A stretch of DNA of 64,000 nucleotides from Eledone cirrhosa. Taxonomy: Eukaryota. The notes under the pieces were generated by a model that did not search any database, had not been told where the DNA came from, and was given only the letters and a program-made list of their open reading frames with translations. Shown in pieces: positions 53,001-64,000 of this stretch. Each line of letters starts with the position of its first letter. Position 1 is the stretch's first letter. The stretch covers positions 77,934,001 to 77,998,000 of the forward strand of contig OZ024745.1 in NCBI GenBank assembly GCA_964016885.1. Reading direction: 5' to 3'. A program made the translations under genes and the position numbers.

Positions 53001-54465
53001 ATCCGATCCCTGTAGGCTCTACTTGCCGGCAAGGACAAGTTGAGCTTCCAGTAACCGGGGCCCTGTCTATGCGTTCTATCAAGGTTGACCATGCAGGTCA
53101 CCAACTTGTGGTCTGAATAGCCAACCATGAGCATTTCTGGACAACTTAAAAAGTCCCTGTCCTTATTTCTAACTAAAAATCTATCTAGGTACGACCTAGA
53201 TGATCCGCTGCGATTTGACCAAGACCAGGTTGGCACCGTCGGAAAATCTAGTCGAAATCTATCGGCCAGGTCAAATCGGCCGAGTAACCCATTGAGGCTG
53301 TTGCACCCCTCTCTGTCGGGACATGCCCCTGCATAGTCCCAACGTGCATCCAGGATACCATTCCAATCCCCCACTAAAAGCAGGGAACGGGACGTCCCTA
53401 GAAAAGACTCCAGACGCTGGAAAAAGTCGGGCCGCTCTGTCCCAAAAGGGGCATATGCGACTACCAGCCTAAAGGCTCCACCTTCACCACTGCCAAGGTC
53501 CAGCACCACCAGTCGACCCCCTGGGTCCAAGTGAACTATCTGTGTTGCAAGGCCCATATGTTTTTGCAGCAGAACGACAACCCCACCCCCACCTCCGGGC
53601 TGACAGAGAGATGCGTGCATCTCAAAGTCGTCAAAGGTGGGGGCTAGCTGTCGCATGCTGCTGATCCGGGCCTCGCAGATAACCATCACATTTATAGATT
53701 GTGACCTGAGGTCATTTAGAAGCATTGCTTGCTTCCAAGACGAGCCCAGGCCACGCGCATTTAGACACCCTACTCTTAGCACAGCCATGTTGGTGGTATG
53801 GAGAAAAGGCACTTACCTCTCTGCGTCCCGGGAAACGGGCCGCTCAATTTCCATGCTGGTTGGGGATGGGTTGTTGGGCGGGGTGGTGGTTTGTGGAAGT
53901 GAAGGGGCATCGGTGTGTTGTGGGGTTGGGGTGTTTGTGGTTGAGTGGGTGTCTGGGTGGGGTGGGGGGTGAAATTTTTTATTGGTTGATTGGTTTGGCG
54001 CAGGGGGGGCCCACGTCCTCCGTGAAATTTATTTTCAGTGTTTTGTACAAGTTCATTGGGACTTTTATCATTTTTAAATGAGGTAGTCCCACAGCAGTTA
54101 TAAAGTTTGGCCCTTCAGTTTGGACCGAAGGGTTTGCTGAAATTGTTTTCCGTAATTCTTTGTTGTCTGTGTTCATGTATGTGTATTGTAAGGTCTTTTT
54201 TTGTGTAGCAGTTAGTGTTGTGTGACAGGGAGGGGTGGTTTGTGTGTAGTTTGTGTTCTCTTGGGGGGGGGGTTAAAGTTAACATGTGTGTCTGTGCTGC
54301 GTCTCCTCTTCTTTCTTAGTGTTGCGCAGTATGATCGACCCAGAAACCACTTAGTTGTAAAGCTAAATTCGTACTTAATCAAGCAGCCATACTTTCTCCA
54401 TTCTTTTGATATATATCCATGTATTTCAAACAAAAAACTGTCCGGTTCTGCCCAGTTTTATTAAG
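50088..54465 (-). mobile_element. Tx1-clade (L1 group) LINE: 5'-truncated, disrupted ORF1 end, intact ORF2, 3' end in (TC)n
   Basis: ORF2 in the next entry; 3' UTR ends aataaaagaaacata followed by (TC)n and (TA)n. Confidence 0.9.
50351..53788 (-). CDS. LINE ORF2: APE endonuclease - reverse transcriptase - CCHC knuckle (~1145 aa)
   Basis: NARGL, VVAYAP, GDWN, SYLDRF, SDH; KSPGLDGL, FRPITLLN, DQSKAFDRV, RQGCPLS, YADD; CPRC..HALVHC. No internal stops. Confidence 0.95.
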   Translation of the reverse strand: MAVLRVGCLNARGLGSSWKQAMLLNDLRSQSINVMVICEARISSMRQLAPTFDDFEMHASLCQPGGGGGVVVLLQKHMGLATQIVHLDPGGRLVVLDLGSGEGGAFRLVVAYAPFGTERPDFFQRLESFLGTSRSLLLVGDWNGILDARWDYAGACPDREGCNSLNGLLGRFDLADRFRLDFPTVPTWSWSNRSGSSRSYLDRFLVRNKDRDFLSCPEMLMVGYSDHKLVTCMVNLDRTHRQGPGYWKLNLSLPASRAYRDRISTLVKERLTGAIVNSRFLVSLKREIRVVSIEFSKVLAADRNRKERELIDRVVEAIRSGDVARVLASRTALSQFFDAKHEGCVVRSKIRALGNEGTKGVSWARVTEANSGTKSTIRSLRDLDGLAILEPRQMCEAFQRHFARLFGRGGEPVGNVDFGPYLDGLPRLSDREAKSCEEPISAAEIEDVLGQCGKRKSPGLDGLPYELYLAMPDLFPDLLEAVYCNWQQNGIIPCSVTKGVVTLVRKDENKGDEISNFRPITLLNTELQILAKVLAKRLALVVGNLVGDAQTCAIPSRSIHDNLHLMRYIIERVGNEPGFGGALINLDQSKAFDRVDHGYLDAVLAAAGFGPVFRGWITAMHSSRICSRVKVNGYLSEPFKIARSIRQGCPLSSLLYVLTLEPLLRKLELLQGIPLEPGLQKAVSAYADDVTVMVSTSSEIEAVGTLLEEYERFTGAKLNRDKSIGLQLGTWRGRPMPSDGVVGRWTEGPVKLLGVWFGPDLQVEKNWAEVTNRVFALTQKWASCKLSLKGRAEVANTYIASVIYYRLTVVPCPRETLTKMERALFQFLWKRRAPMVRRSICCQHPSKGGLGMPWLMMRKHALRLRHLYVFLTGQPVWASFVRRTFPRLVSLTELQSWVKQRPRKLGAWHTECAQTLTALWQADPVVSGDSTATFYRGLVRSRCDGALGEALDMEEDELASLFGRTFGPGPMDNFQKSLAWQCYRGALPFREKLYRHGRPGRDPAKKICPRCVCDEETVAHALVHCSGVADLWGYVEQLLSRVGPIRLTTESIVMIKPPPPFKDEGEAVFLCVIAMVKEVVWWTRLKGLRSGTFLSGQQLVRFFRYHFGRRIRMEREVLHPSRFYERWMKVARMARVNGPSLYISL

Positions 54466-55014
54466 ACAGAAAATATAAATAATCACATGAATTTGCTGTG
54501 TTTTTGATAAATTTCTTTTATACGACGCTGACAATTGTCAGTTGATTCCTAATATTAATTAACTAAATGTTGTTGCATCCAAGCAATTCAGAGAGTTATG
54601 AAAGTTAAAATTCGTGCGCAAAATTAACAAATATAGAATTTTCTCATAAATATTTTATAGAAAACTTATTCTTACATAATTTTTCTGTAAAAAATACTCC
54701 CTTTAGATACTATGTTCACGTAATTACTTTAAATTCATTATTTTACTTATCAGTAAATACCTCTGGTGTGTATTACATACAGTACATGAGAGTATAGAAT
54801 TGGGTTAGTTTTTTTTTCAGGAACTAAAAGAAATCAGCAAAATTCTGATAGCCTATAAACTTTGTCCTTGAAAAGATGTGTCTGTATGCAAATGTTAGCT
54901 ATCTATGTGGTCTGTAACTTGGAACATATATACACAAATTCCAAAATCTGCCCTAAACTACGATGCTCATCTGATCGGCGTTTATGTCTGGCATTACGTT
55001 AAGAGCCCTAGTCC

Positions 55015-55155
55015 AGCTAGGACTGATACTCATTATTCTCAGCTCAGAGGATTGGAACAACGTGAAATGAAGCGTCTTGCTCAAGGACACAATGCATTGC
55101 CCGGACCAGGAATCGAACATGTGATTGGGAACTCGACGCCTCAAACACTAAGCAG
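55015..55155 (-). mobile_element. tRNA-derived SINE, second family, partial
   Basis: gttcgattcctggtccgggcaatgcattgtgtccttgagcaagacgctt. Confidence 0.75.
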
Positions 55156-55163
55156 CGGATCTT

Positions 55164-55214
<51 letters not shown>

Positions 55215-55227
<13 letters not shown>

Positions 55228-55990
55228 GACCGAGAAACAAGAATGTCCTTCATCAGTAGCCTGCTGATTATCGTTGGTATTTCTTCGCATTAAAGACTAC
55301 ATACCTAAAATCAGTGCGAGCGATAACTAAATTAAGTTATCGGGACAGAGGAAAACATAGGAAAGGAAAGAAACAACACGGTAGTAATGTAACAAAAGAG
55401 AGGAAAAGAGAGACTAGTCAATGAATCTTGTGGGCTTAATTTCTACAAATCAAATGACGAGAAGAAACAGACGCGTCCGAGCCACGAGAAAAGTGAGAGA
55501 GGAAATAAATTCACGCAGGTCAGACGGGAGGCAGTGAGAGAGGAGGAGTAGCAGAGAGTGAGTGAGTGAAAGTGTGAGGAAGAGGCCAGCCGAGAGTGAG
55601 TGACCAGCAGCGGGAGTGGAGGAAAGCAAGAGGTGAAGGAGAGAGAAGGGGGAGAGAGAAGATTACAGAAAAAATACGAACCACAGCGAAGGGAAAAAAT
55701 ATATGTGAATGAAAAATTGCGTGCTGCGTTGTTGCGAATATGAACATATGGATAAAAATAGACCGAGAAACAATCCTCATACTTTCCCTCGCTCTTTTCC
55801 TCTCTTTTGTTGCATTACTACCATGTTGTTTGTTTCCTTTCATCTGTTTTCTTCTGTCCCCATAACTTAATTTAGTTATCGCTCGCACTGATTTTAGGTA
55901 TGTAGTCTTTAATGCGAAGAAATACCAACGATGATCAGCAGACTACTGATGAAGGACATTCTTGTTTCTCGGTCTATTTTTATTTATATA
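55215..55990 (-). mobile_element. Family O relative: ~530-bp non-coding unit with terminal direct repeat plus inverted partial copy
   Basis: aaaaatagaccgagaaacaa at 55221 and ~55753; arms 55215-55410 / 55790-55990; interior homologous to 21460-21560; (TA)n flanks. Confidence 0.8.
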
Positions 55991-56251
55991 TATATATATA
56001 TAATGTGTGACGAAAGAACTTTGACAATATATGAACAACCGTCCGGTTGTGGAACCAACCAACCAACCGGAAATTTATAAATTATTATTTTTTTTATTTT
56101 TTAGAAAGATTTTTTTAATTTATAATAAATTGGAGTGAAAGCATCTGGTGCGTGTGTTTCTTATTGGCAACATGACCCTCCCAAAGTATAACAATATCGG
56201 TTTCAACACACGTTTTCAGATAAAGAATCTTGCTAAACAAATTCAGAAACG

Positions 56252-56319
<68 letters not shown>

Positions 56320-56691
56320 TAAATTGTATATTAAAATATACTTATCCGGTTGTTATCATAAGAATTACAGTAAATTCACAACAGAGACTTGTATTTCTTT
56401 TTTCAGAGATGCATAATTTCGTCAATGTGTCGTAAAGACTGGTGGTTAAATATGTGTTTTTAAGCGAGTATAACTGATATGTCCAGACGATCCACTTAGT
56501 ATTTGTGTTGAAATTCTCGAGAATGATACATAACTCCGCTGATTTCTCGTCAAACCGTTGTCGATGGAAATTATGAGATTTTTTTCTTCCCTGGATGTAA
56601 CTTCAGAAAATATTAGGCTTCTTCGTGTGAGTATTTAAACCTAGTGTATACATCTAACAAAATACTCGACAGTTTCACGCCATTCTATTTT

Positions 56692-56885
56692 CAGATCTGC
56701 CAAACTCTAAAAACCCAAACGGGGCCTACCATGAAAAAGTGCTCTCAAACAGGGAGAAATGAGGCAAATTGGGGAGATTTTAGCATAATGAAAGCTATAC
56801 CTATTTTCACAAGAGAAGACATCTCTCATCCACCCCAAAGTGGGTGGGTGATCTCCCCGTCGGACGGGGAGAGTTGACAGGTCTG
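56692..56885. mobile_element. hAT-like MITE
   Basis: TIRs cagatctgccaa / ttgacaggtctg. Confidence 0.72.
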
Positions 56886-58137
56886 TATTTCTTTGAGGCA
56901 AATCTGATTACCTACTTGAAATAGTTTACATTAAACAGGTCTGATCAAATAGAACACTGTTCATGATATGGGAATTAATGATACATTATTCAAAAGAAAG
57001 ATATATTTGCAGTTTGTAAGGTCAATTAATTTATATGATTGGCCTATTGCTGCTATGAACGGAGTTGTTTCTAAATGAAACTCGTAAATGCGTTGTTCTA
57101 AATATATAAATGCATTTGTTTATATATTTTTAACTCTTAGTACTTGCATACCTATCCGTGTTTCATTTTCCTTTAATTACCTTGCTAACATACTTATCAA
57201 ACTTGAAAAGTCAGCAGGAAACAAATCTGATATTCGTTGTCTGTAGAGCCGTACAAAAACTAATTATAGCTAGAACAGTACGTCTATCCCAGTATTTTCT
57301 AACTAGTTTTTGTCATTTTACACCACCTTTACATTTATGTAATAAATGTAGTGGCGTAATCAACCTTAAAATATATGTATCACTAACTACCTCCTTCATA
57401 GCTCTTAACACCCCACGAGAATGTAATAGGGACCCCTTTTGTGAACTACTTATCTTGCATGTGACAAATTACTATAGTTGTGCTTCAAGCAAAATAAACA
57501 AGCAATAAAATAAATTTTTCATATGCTTTCAATATTTAGCTTTATAGAGGCAGTTTAAGTTACAATCTGTCGTATTACCTGTATATTATTACATTTCATC
57601 TGTATTTTGTGGGTTTTTAGTTTATAAAATATATTATAATGAGTATGTATAATTTTAGCAAAAAATCTCTCTCGCAAACTATCAACTAACATAAGGTCAT
57701 GTCACACATTTGTCTTTTTATATGTAGTCGTAATTTGATCCTGAATGGAAGAGCTTTTATGTACAATATGTACAAGGATAAAAATAGATAACTGCTTCAG
57801 CATAATCGGGGTTAGGTTCCGTATAGGCACAATGCTTAATATTTTTCAAGAGAAAGAAATGTGATTGTTTAAGTTCATGGCTTTCTCGTGGGTATTTTTT
57901 TAGTTAATAAAGTAAAGTGACATATCTCCCGTTAAGTATTCAGACCCTCCAAAATATTGTATCTACCGTATACTGCTTGCTAGTTTATTGAGTTATTATG
58001 GCTTTGTTTGGTAAAGATGGAAATTGGATGTTATGATGTTCATGCCTTTCTTAATGTGTAATCGAAGAGATTCACCGATCAGAAGGAAAAATAGATCACA
58101 GTTTTGACTAACTAATTGCGAATTTTACTATGGGGTT

Positions 58138-58348
58138 TTAACAGGATTATGTTGAACCCAAACGTGTAATGGAAGATAGGGAAAAGAAATTAGAAAACTG
58201 AAAATTTGATTTGGGGACCACGTGCAAAAATATTGTTATATCGGTATCAGGCGGTCCCCGAATCGAATTTTAAATTTTCTATTTTCTATTTTCTATTTTC
58301 TTGTCCCTATCTTCTATGAAATGTTTGGGTTCAACGTAATCTTGTTAA
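58138..58348. mobile_element. Diverged fold-back carrying the 3' half of a hammerhead
   Basis: ~80-bp arms; right arm has GAAA-tgtt-tgggttc-aacg-TA. Confidence 0.6.
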
Positions 58349-58364
58349 GTAATTCTGTAGTTGA

Positions 58365-58435
58365 CGCCTGATAAGATCGCCTTGTCTTGCATCATAATTG
58401 GATGATGGAGCTAGGCCATCGAAATATGTATAGTG
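58365..58435 (+). ncRNA. Degenerate hammerhead motif (G8>A)
   Basis: cgc-CTGATAA-gatcgcct..aggccatc-GAAA-tatgta-TA-gtg. Confidence 0.5.
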
Positions 58436-58489
58436 ATTTCGTGGTATTAAAATTCTAAATCAAATTTTAAATCATTTAAAATAAATTAT

Positions 58490-58605
58490 CAACCCCGTAA
58501 GGACGAAAGCAAAGTTAACCTCGACGGGATTTGAACTCAGATCATAAAGGGCCGTAACTCTATGCTGCAAAGAATGGTGTCTGACTCTCTACCGATACTG
58601 CCAAA
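58490..58605 (-). mobile_element. tRNA-derived SINE, 5' part
   Basis: Family head with gagttcaaatccc. Confidence 0.8.
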
Positions 58606-61069
58606 TGAGAGTAAATGAGACAACCCGTTAGGTAGTCTTGATAAAGTAAATTGGCACAATGTGCGAGCCCGAAGACACTGAGGTGACGTGTGGAGTGGCC
58701 GGCGGATCGAAAATCTGGGGAGATCGGAGTCGGCTTGCCGACCCGGACGTCCCGAGAGTGCTCAGCAAATCTGTCAGCCAGACGACGGCTAGTTTGACCC
58801 AGGTCAATGGCGCCTCAAATTGTGTAATCTCTGTGTGTCCATCACTGAATGTGCCAAAAAGTATACATTTCATTTCTCAATGTCCTCCCTTTAATTTTCC
58901 TCAAATCACCGTATATAATACAATATTTGTAGTTTTTTTACTATGTACGATATGCAACTGAAGTGAATTGCATTTGTCTCTTTTTATTTCATTATTTGTT
59001 TTATTTAATCTTATTTGAATTTATAAACATCTTTCATTATTTTTTAAAATAATATTTACATTATTTTGTGTAAGCAGCATGAAATCTAAACAAACGAACA
59101 CGATACTAGTGAGCTACAGCTGCATGCAGAACATATTTACAACTAGAGGTACGATGCAAAAGAATATTGCTAACAAATGAGCAGCAGAAGGAACAGACAA
59201 GCAATTGCCTACATATAGGTTTCTACCCATTAAGGCGACGAATTGGCAGAGTCATTAGAACGTCGGATAGAATGCTTTGTGATATTCGTTCCGGCTCTCT
59301 CCTCTCTATGTTGAAATCTCCTTGAAGTCAACTTTACCTTTCATCCTTTCGAGGTCGAAAAAAAGTACCAGTCAAGTACTGTAGTCGATTCTTCCGCTAT
59401 ATCTCGTTTCCGCTTCCTCTCTCTCATTTTCTAACCTTCTCTGGAAGAAATCTGTTGTACTGAGGCCAGGAGAGGGTTGGGCTCCGCCAAGCCTAAAATG
59501 TCCTAGAAACGCCGTACGAGTGTGTCAGTACGGCACCCCTATGGCTGGCTCTAGATTTACGGAACTATACCATACTATACCTATTATCAGACAACTAATT
59601 GTTAAATGCATTAGGCTTCGCCATAATAAATGAACATTTAAACTCTACTTCAGTATTGAGTTTTCATTCTTACGTCCGTCGTTAATTCACGTACTGTCAC
59701 GTCTTGAATAATCGTCCTCACCACCTGCTTATTAATTTGTCAGACCCCCTCCCCCACCACCCCGGTTTTTATTCCACCATCTTTCAATATCTTCTGCAAT
59801 CTCATAAATACATTTTACTCTAATGCTACTCAGAGGATTAACATTAAGGATAGGTCCAAAGTCCTTACTAGCAATTTCTATCACTCTTTACAACTGGTGC
59901 AAATATATCCTCTTCAATTCTAAGTGACATTCCCTTTTTTATTACGTAAAGGCCTTTTATTCGGTGTCTTAAAACTGTTTAATATGTTTTTTTTACTTAT
60001 CTAAATGTATCAGCTCAATGATTTGCTTCGTCCTCGGAGGCTTCATTTCATCATTTCTATGTGTTTTCATATAACACCTATATAAGTAATGTCGTACTAT
60101 TGATCGCATGAATGAAACTAAAAACGTCGAGGATTTCTGTGTATATTGCTGCCATTTTCCCAAAGTTTAGATATGTTTGTCCACGGCATTCCGGTTTCTA
60201 TTCATTTTTAAATAGCAGAAGTAGGTTGGTAGGTGGCAAATTATATCTTTAGTAATTAACTGATATTTAAGTTTTAATATTCGTTTTAAATATAGAACAT
60301 ATATATGAATTACGACATACATTTTTTACCTTTAAATTCACTCATACGCACGTTTATATACACACATGAATGCACACTGAAGAATAATGGAATGAATATA
60401 CAAATCTATCTGATAAGCTGGCACAACCGCAAAGTTTCACACACTAAACATATATATAGAGATAAATATTTACATATGTATATTTTTGTATGTTATTATT
60501 GCTGCTGCTTTTTAGCCTCCGGTCAGCCATGAGCAAGCCGATTTATTATTGATTGCGTTTCAGTTTTGAATATCGTTTCGTACACCAAGTAACACATTAT
60601 CTAATGTGATCTTTTCTCGTGTAGAAGGGTGTAATTTGAGAGAGAAACGTCTGCTATTACAAGCAGGTCGGGCAACCAAGTGTAGGCTCGCTCAGTGGCT
60701 CATTATATCTAATATAGTGACAAACAGAGATATGAAATAGATGGTGCCTTATGAAATTTTATTTGGTTATAAGTTAACTTGATCACACTCACCGAATTTA
60801 AAAAGAAATCATTAAATAAAATTCATTAAATAGACGTCTAAAACCACTTGCTTAGTAAAATGGGATTTAACTCGAAGATCAGGATACAGGATACTATCAA
60901 TAAGATTTGAATTTAAAAGGAAGCAGTTCACCAATACATCAATTTATCCCCGCTCTTTGCAACAAACAGAATAGATTCCACTAAAGATACGCAAGAGACC
61001 AAATGTCACTGACTAACGCACCGAAACATACGAGAAGTGCGAGAGAAAGAAATAAAAACCTATCCACCC

Positions 61070-62053
61070 GACGGCCATCCTCTCCACCATCAGGTCCAGG
61101 CTTCAACAACTCCAGACTCTCATGAGACGACTGGACTTGATCGACGGCCATTCAGCTCTCTTTCTGTTGAGGAACTGCTTCGCCAAGCCGAAGCTCCTCA
61201 GCACCCTTCGCAGCGCTCCGTGCTACACCCACACATCTCTCCTCGCTGACCTCGATACTTGTATCCGAGCAGATATGCAACGTCAAGTTTTACGACATTG
61301 GCCACTTTACCTGTCAGGTATGGCGGCCTTGGCCTCCAGTCCCCGATCTCACTGGCTTTGCCGGCGTATCTTTAGTCGGCAACCTCGTGCCGCGTCCTCA
61401 TCAGCAGGGTTCAAAACACAATAGAACCCTCTGTGTTCAGATAACCTGAGGCGGCCTGTGAGACGTGGGACCGACTGGGACGTAGCCCAGTAGACGTCCC
61501 TCCTCCTTCTCCCCCTGTTGACGTCAAGTCCCCCACAAAGCACTTGGAATGCTATCCAGTGCAGCCTGGCCTCAGACAGGCTCACGCGCCAGCTCGACCA
61601 GCACCACCTTGTCTGTTTTAGTGCGGCCTCCAAACCCCACAGTGGTGCCTGGCTCCATGCACTGCCTTTCTTCTCCACTGGCACGCAGCTAGACAACCAT
61701 AGCCTGTGCGTTTTCTGCACTTTCTGCAGCCGCAACCTAGTGCAGTCTGCGACTGACCCAGGTTCTGCTGCACGTCGGGTTGAGGAGGCCAAACTCCTCA
61801 AATATCGGTCGCTCTCCGACAGGTTTGCGGTTGTACCCCTGGCAGTAGAGACTTCTGGTATCCTCGGCCCTATGGCTACCTCCCTACTCACCACCATAGG
61901 CGCTGAGCTGGGCAGCCGTAGGTTTGAGCCCCGCGAGTTAGAGTGGCTTTTGCAGCGCGTCTCCCTTGCCGTCCTCCGGGGAAACGACTACTCCATTCAG
62001 TCTGCTGGGGATGGGGGGGGGGGGCATCGCGTATCATTCCATATTTAAGTATG
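61070..62053 (+). mobile_element. CRE-like copy, 5'-truncated and internally deleted
   Basis: Homologous to 1600-2893; deletion near 61715 removes the CCHC/RH/PD motifs; shares 3' cattccatatttaagtatg. Confidence 0.9.
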
Positions 62054-62499
62054 GTCGACATTTTATTAGCTGCATACATAACTCTCTCTCTTTATCCGTC
62101 AAGCAGTACAAGTGTAGTAAAGTTCAGACTGTGCCAATGCTGTGCTATTCAAATGACCAAATCAACTGTTCCACAAATAAGGTGTGAACAAACAAAACAC
62201 ATCCGAATCAAAACAACATGTAAACAGAACTGAGAAACTGTCGTACATAGTTAACCCTCACTGAACTCAGCACACTGAACAAGTTTCCTGTCGTCACAGG
62301 TTGTTTCGTTCATGTACCTTAAACTGGGTATTTATTCGTTCAATACGAGTAACCTTTGAATATAATACAGCCTCTGGTAGAGCATAGAGCCAGCCAATGA
62401 ATCAATGAGCGAGCTAAGGAATCAATGAAATAAATGGTTCGTTTGGACGTTAGTCCTAATTAGACAGATACAATGAGCAGAGAGAGAGAGAGGGGGGGG

Positions 62500-62760
62500 G
62501 GTAAGTGAAGGAGAGAACAAAGAACGCTGGTGGTAGTTAAAATAAAATGGCAGTAACAGTCCCAGAAAATATCATATATTGCTTGTAAAAGGTGAGAAAA
62601 AGGATTTAACGATTTGGAGACTACCTCTTCATCGGAAAATAAATACGGGAAGAAATTCGAATGTCTTTGTGATAACAGAAAGGAAGACAAACAAGAACAT
62701 AAAGGAAACCGGAGAAAATGGTGAGAGAGAAAAAAACATGTGCAGTTATTTGTTCTGCAT
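62500..62760 (-). mobile_element. Possible old PLE terminus with eroded hammerhead
   Basis: ttt-ccgatga-agag-gtagt-ctc-caaatcgtt-aaa at 62605-62640. Confidence 0.35.
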
Positions 62761-62933
62761 ATATATATATACAAACATACATACGCAAATTTACACACAT
62801 ATATATATATATAAACATATACATATATATATATAATCAAACATGTGTGTATGTGTAACATTTACTTGTTCATAGTGTGTGTCTATAAATACATATATGC
62901 ATATAAGTCTATAAACGTATACATACCTTTTTA

Positions 62934-63050
<117 letters not shown>

Positions 63051-63604
63051 CTACATATGAATACATATCCACAGACACACTTATTTCTTTTTACAGGATG
63101 TACTTTGTAGAGGGTGTATGTTTTGACATTTATATTAATTATTTAAATCCGTGGTTGTCTTTAGTAAAAGAGCAGAAATATGAAACGTTGTAGAAAGTTA
63201 ATAATGAACGACACTTGCGCGACGTAAATCCAACAAAATATTTATGATTAACTGTAAATAGTATTTTATAATTTCATGACATCGTTTTCAACTTGTAGGA
63301 AGCCAAAATTACCCTCTTCTTTTAGGTAATGCAGACCTTTTTCTGAGTTATATTTAAAGTGGGGGACATCTTGGTTCTAGTTTGATATTTGCCGCTTCCG
63401 TAAATATGAGGAATGGAGACAGAAGTCTGACGTTTGGCTAATACTATTCTATGGTCAGAGACATTCAAGTATTCCTTGGTGATATCAGTAATTTGATAAA
63501 GTTGTTAGGAACGACCCATCAAATATTTTGGTATATATATTCTTTTTGTTGTCGTTCAAAAATATCATTATATAAATCTATATATACGACATTCTAAGTT
63601 TGAA

Positions 63605-63815
63605 CATGTCTGACTACCCACATCCTTGATGGAATAATACATGGGTAAAGGGCCAGGGGACGGCAGAAAAGCAGATGGACATATGATATTAAAGAATAGA
63701 CAAGAAGGAATTTGGCGAAATGTACAGCAATGCCAAGAGACAGGAAAAGAAGGCGAGTGATGTCCATAAGTCCATGACCCCCGATCATCAGATATGAGGC
63801 TGGGATGAGATCAAG
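63605..63815 (+). pseudogene. RTE LINE C-terminal fragment
   Basis: ILDGIIHG*RARGRQKSRWTYDIKE*T..PRDR. Confidence 0.7.
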
Positions 63816-63918
63816 CGAGCGTTTCAACACACGATTTCATATCAAACACCTTGCAAAACAAATACATTGCTGCCACAATAATAAACATAATTATATATAT
63901 ACATATATACATATATAC

Positions 63919-64000
<82 letters not shown>

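Noticed and set aside
53808-53822. AG|GTAAGT splice-donor-like site upstream of Tx1 ORF2 (- strand)
   Set aside because: Probably overlaps the ORF1 stop; no evidence of use.
50656-54081. Plus-strand ORFs over the Tx1 element, and antisense ORFs over CRE, Helitron and mariner
   Set aside because: Shadow frames of the real transposon ORFs.
56040-56090. ccggttg/caaccgg-aaa-tttataaa hairpin as a hammerhead
   Set aside because: No CUGANGA upstream; at most an eroded remnant.
58627-58860. GC-rich island as a host exon or LTR-element leader
   Set aside because: No recognisable protein motif, LTR pair or convincing splice context.

Overview
AT-rich eukaryotic DNA dense in microsatellites, with no recognisable host exon. 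The SINE repertoire and (TA)n/(CA)n density suggest an animal genome, probably a cephalopod such as Octopus (inference). The window is mostly mobile elements: four CRE-like RT-RLE copies, a decayed near-full Helitron, mariner derivatives and MITEs, an R4/Dong-like element in (TACA)n, a Tx1-like LINE with an intact ~1145-aa ORF2, RTE fragments, many tRNA-derived SINEs and a GIY-YIG Penelope-like element (PLE) 3' end. The main hidden signal is non-coding. About a dozen short fold-back (inverted-repeat) inserts from several unrelated sequence families lie mostly in (TA)n tracts. Most carry type-I hammerhead ribozyme motifs, including a U3-A8 compensatory variant and a recurrent U/U-flanked stem II. 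One insert is physically joined to the GIY-YIG ORF, which ties the class to Penelope-type retrotransposition. All structures were read by eye; nothing was computed or searched.
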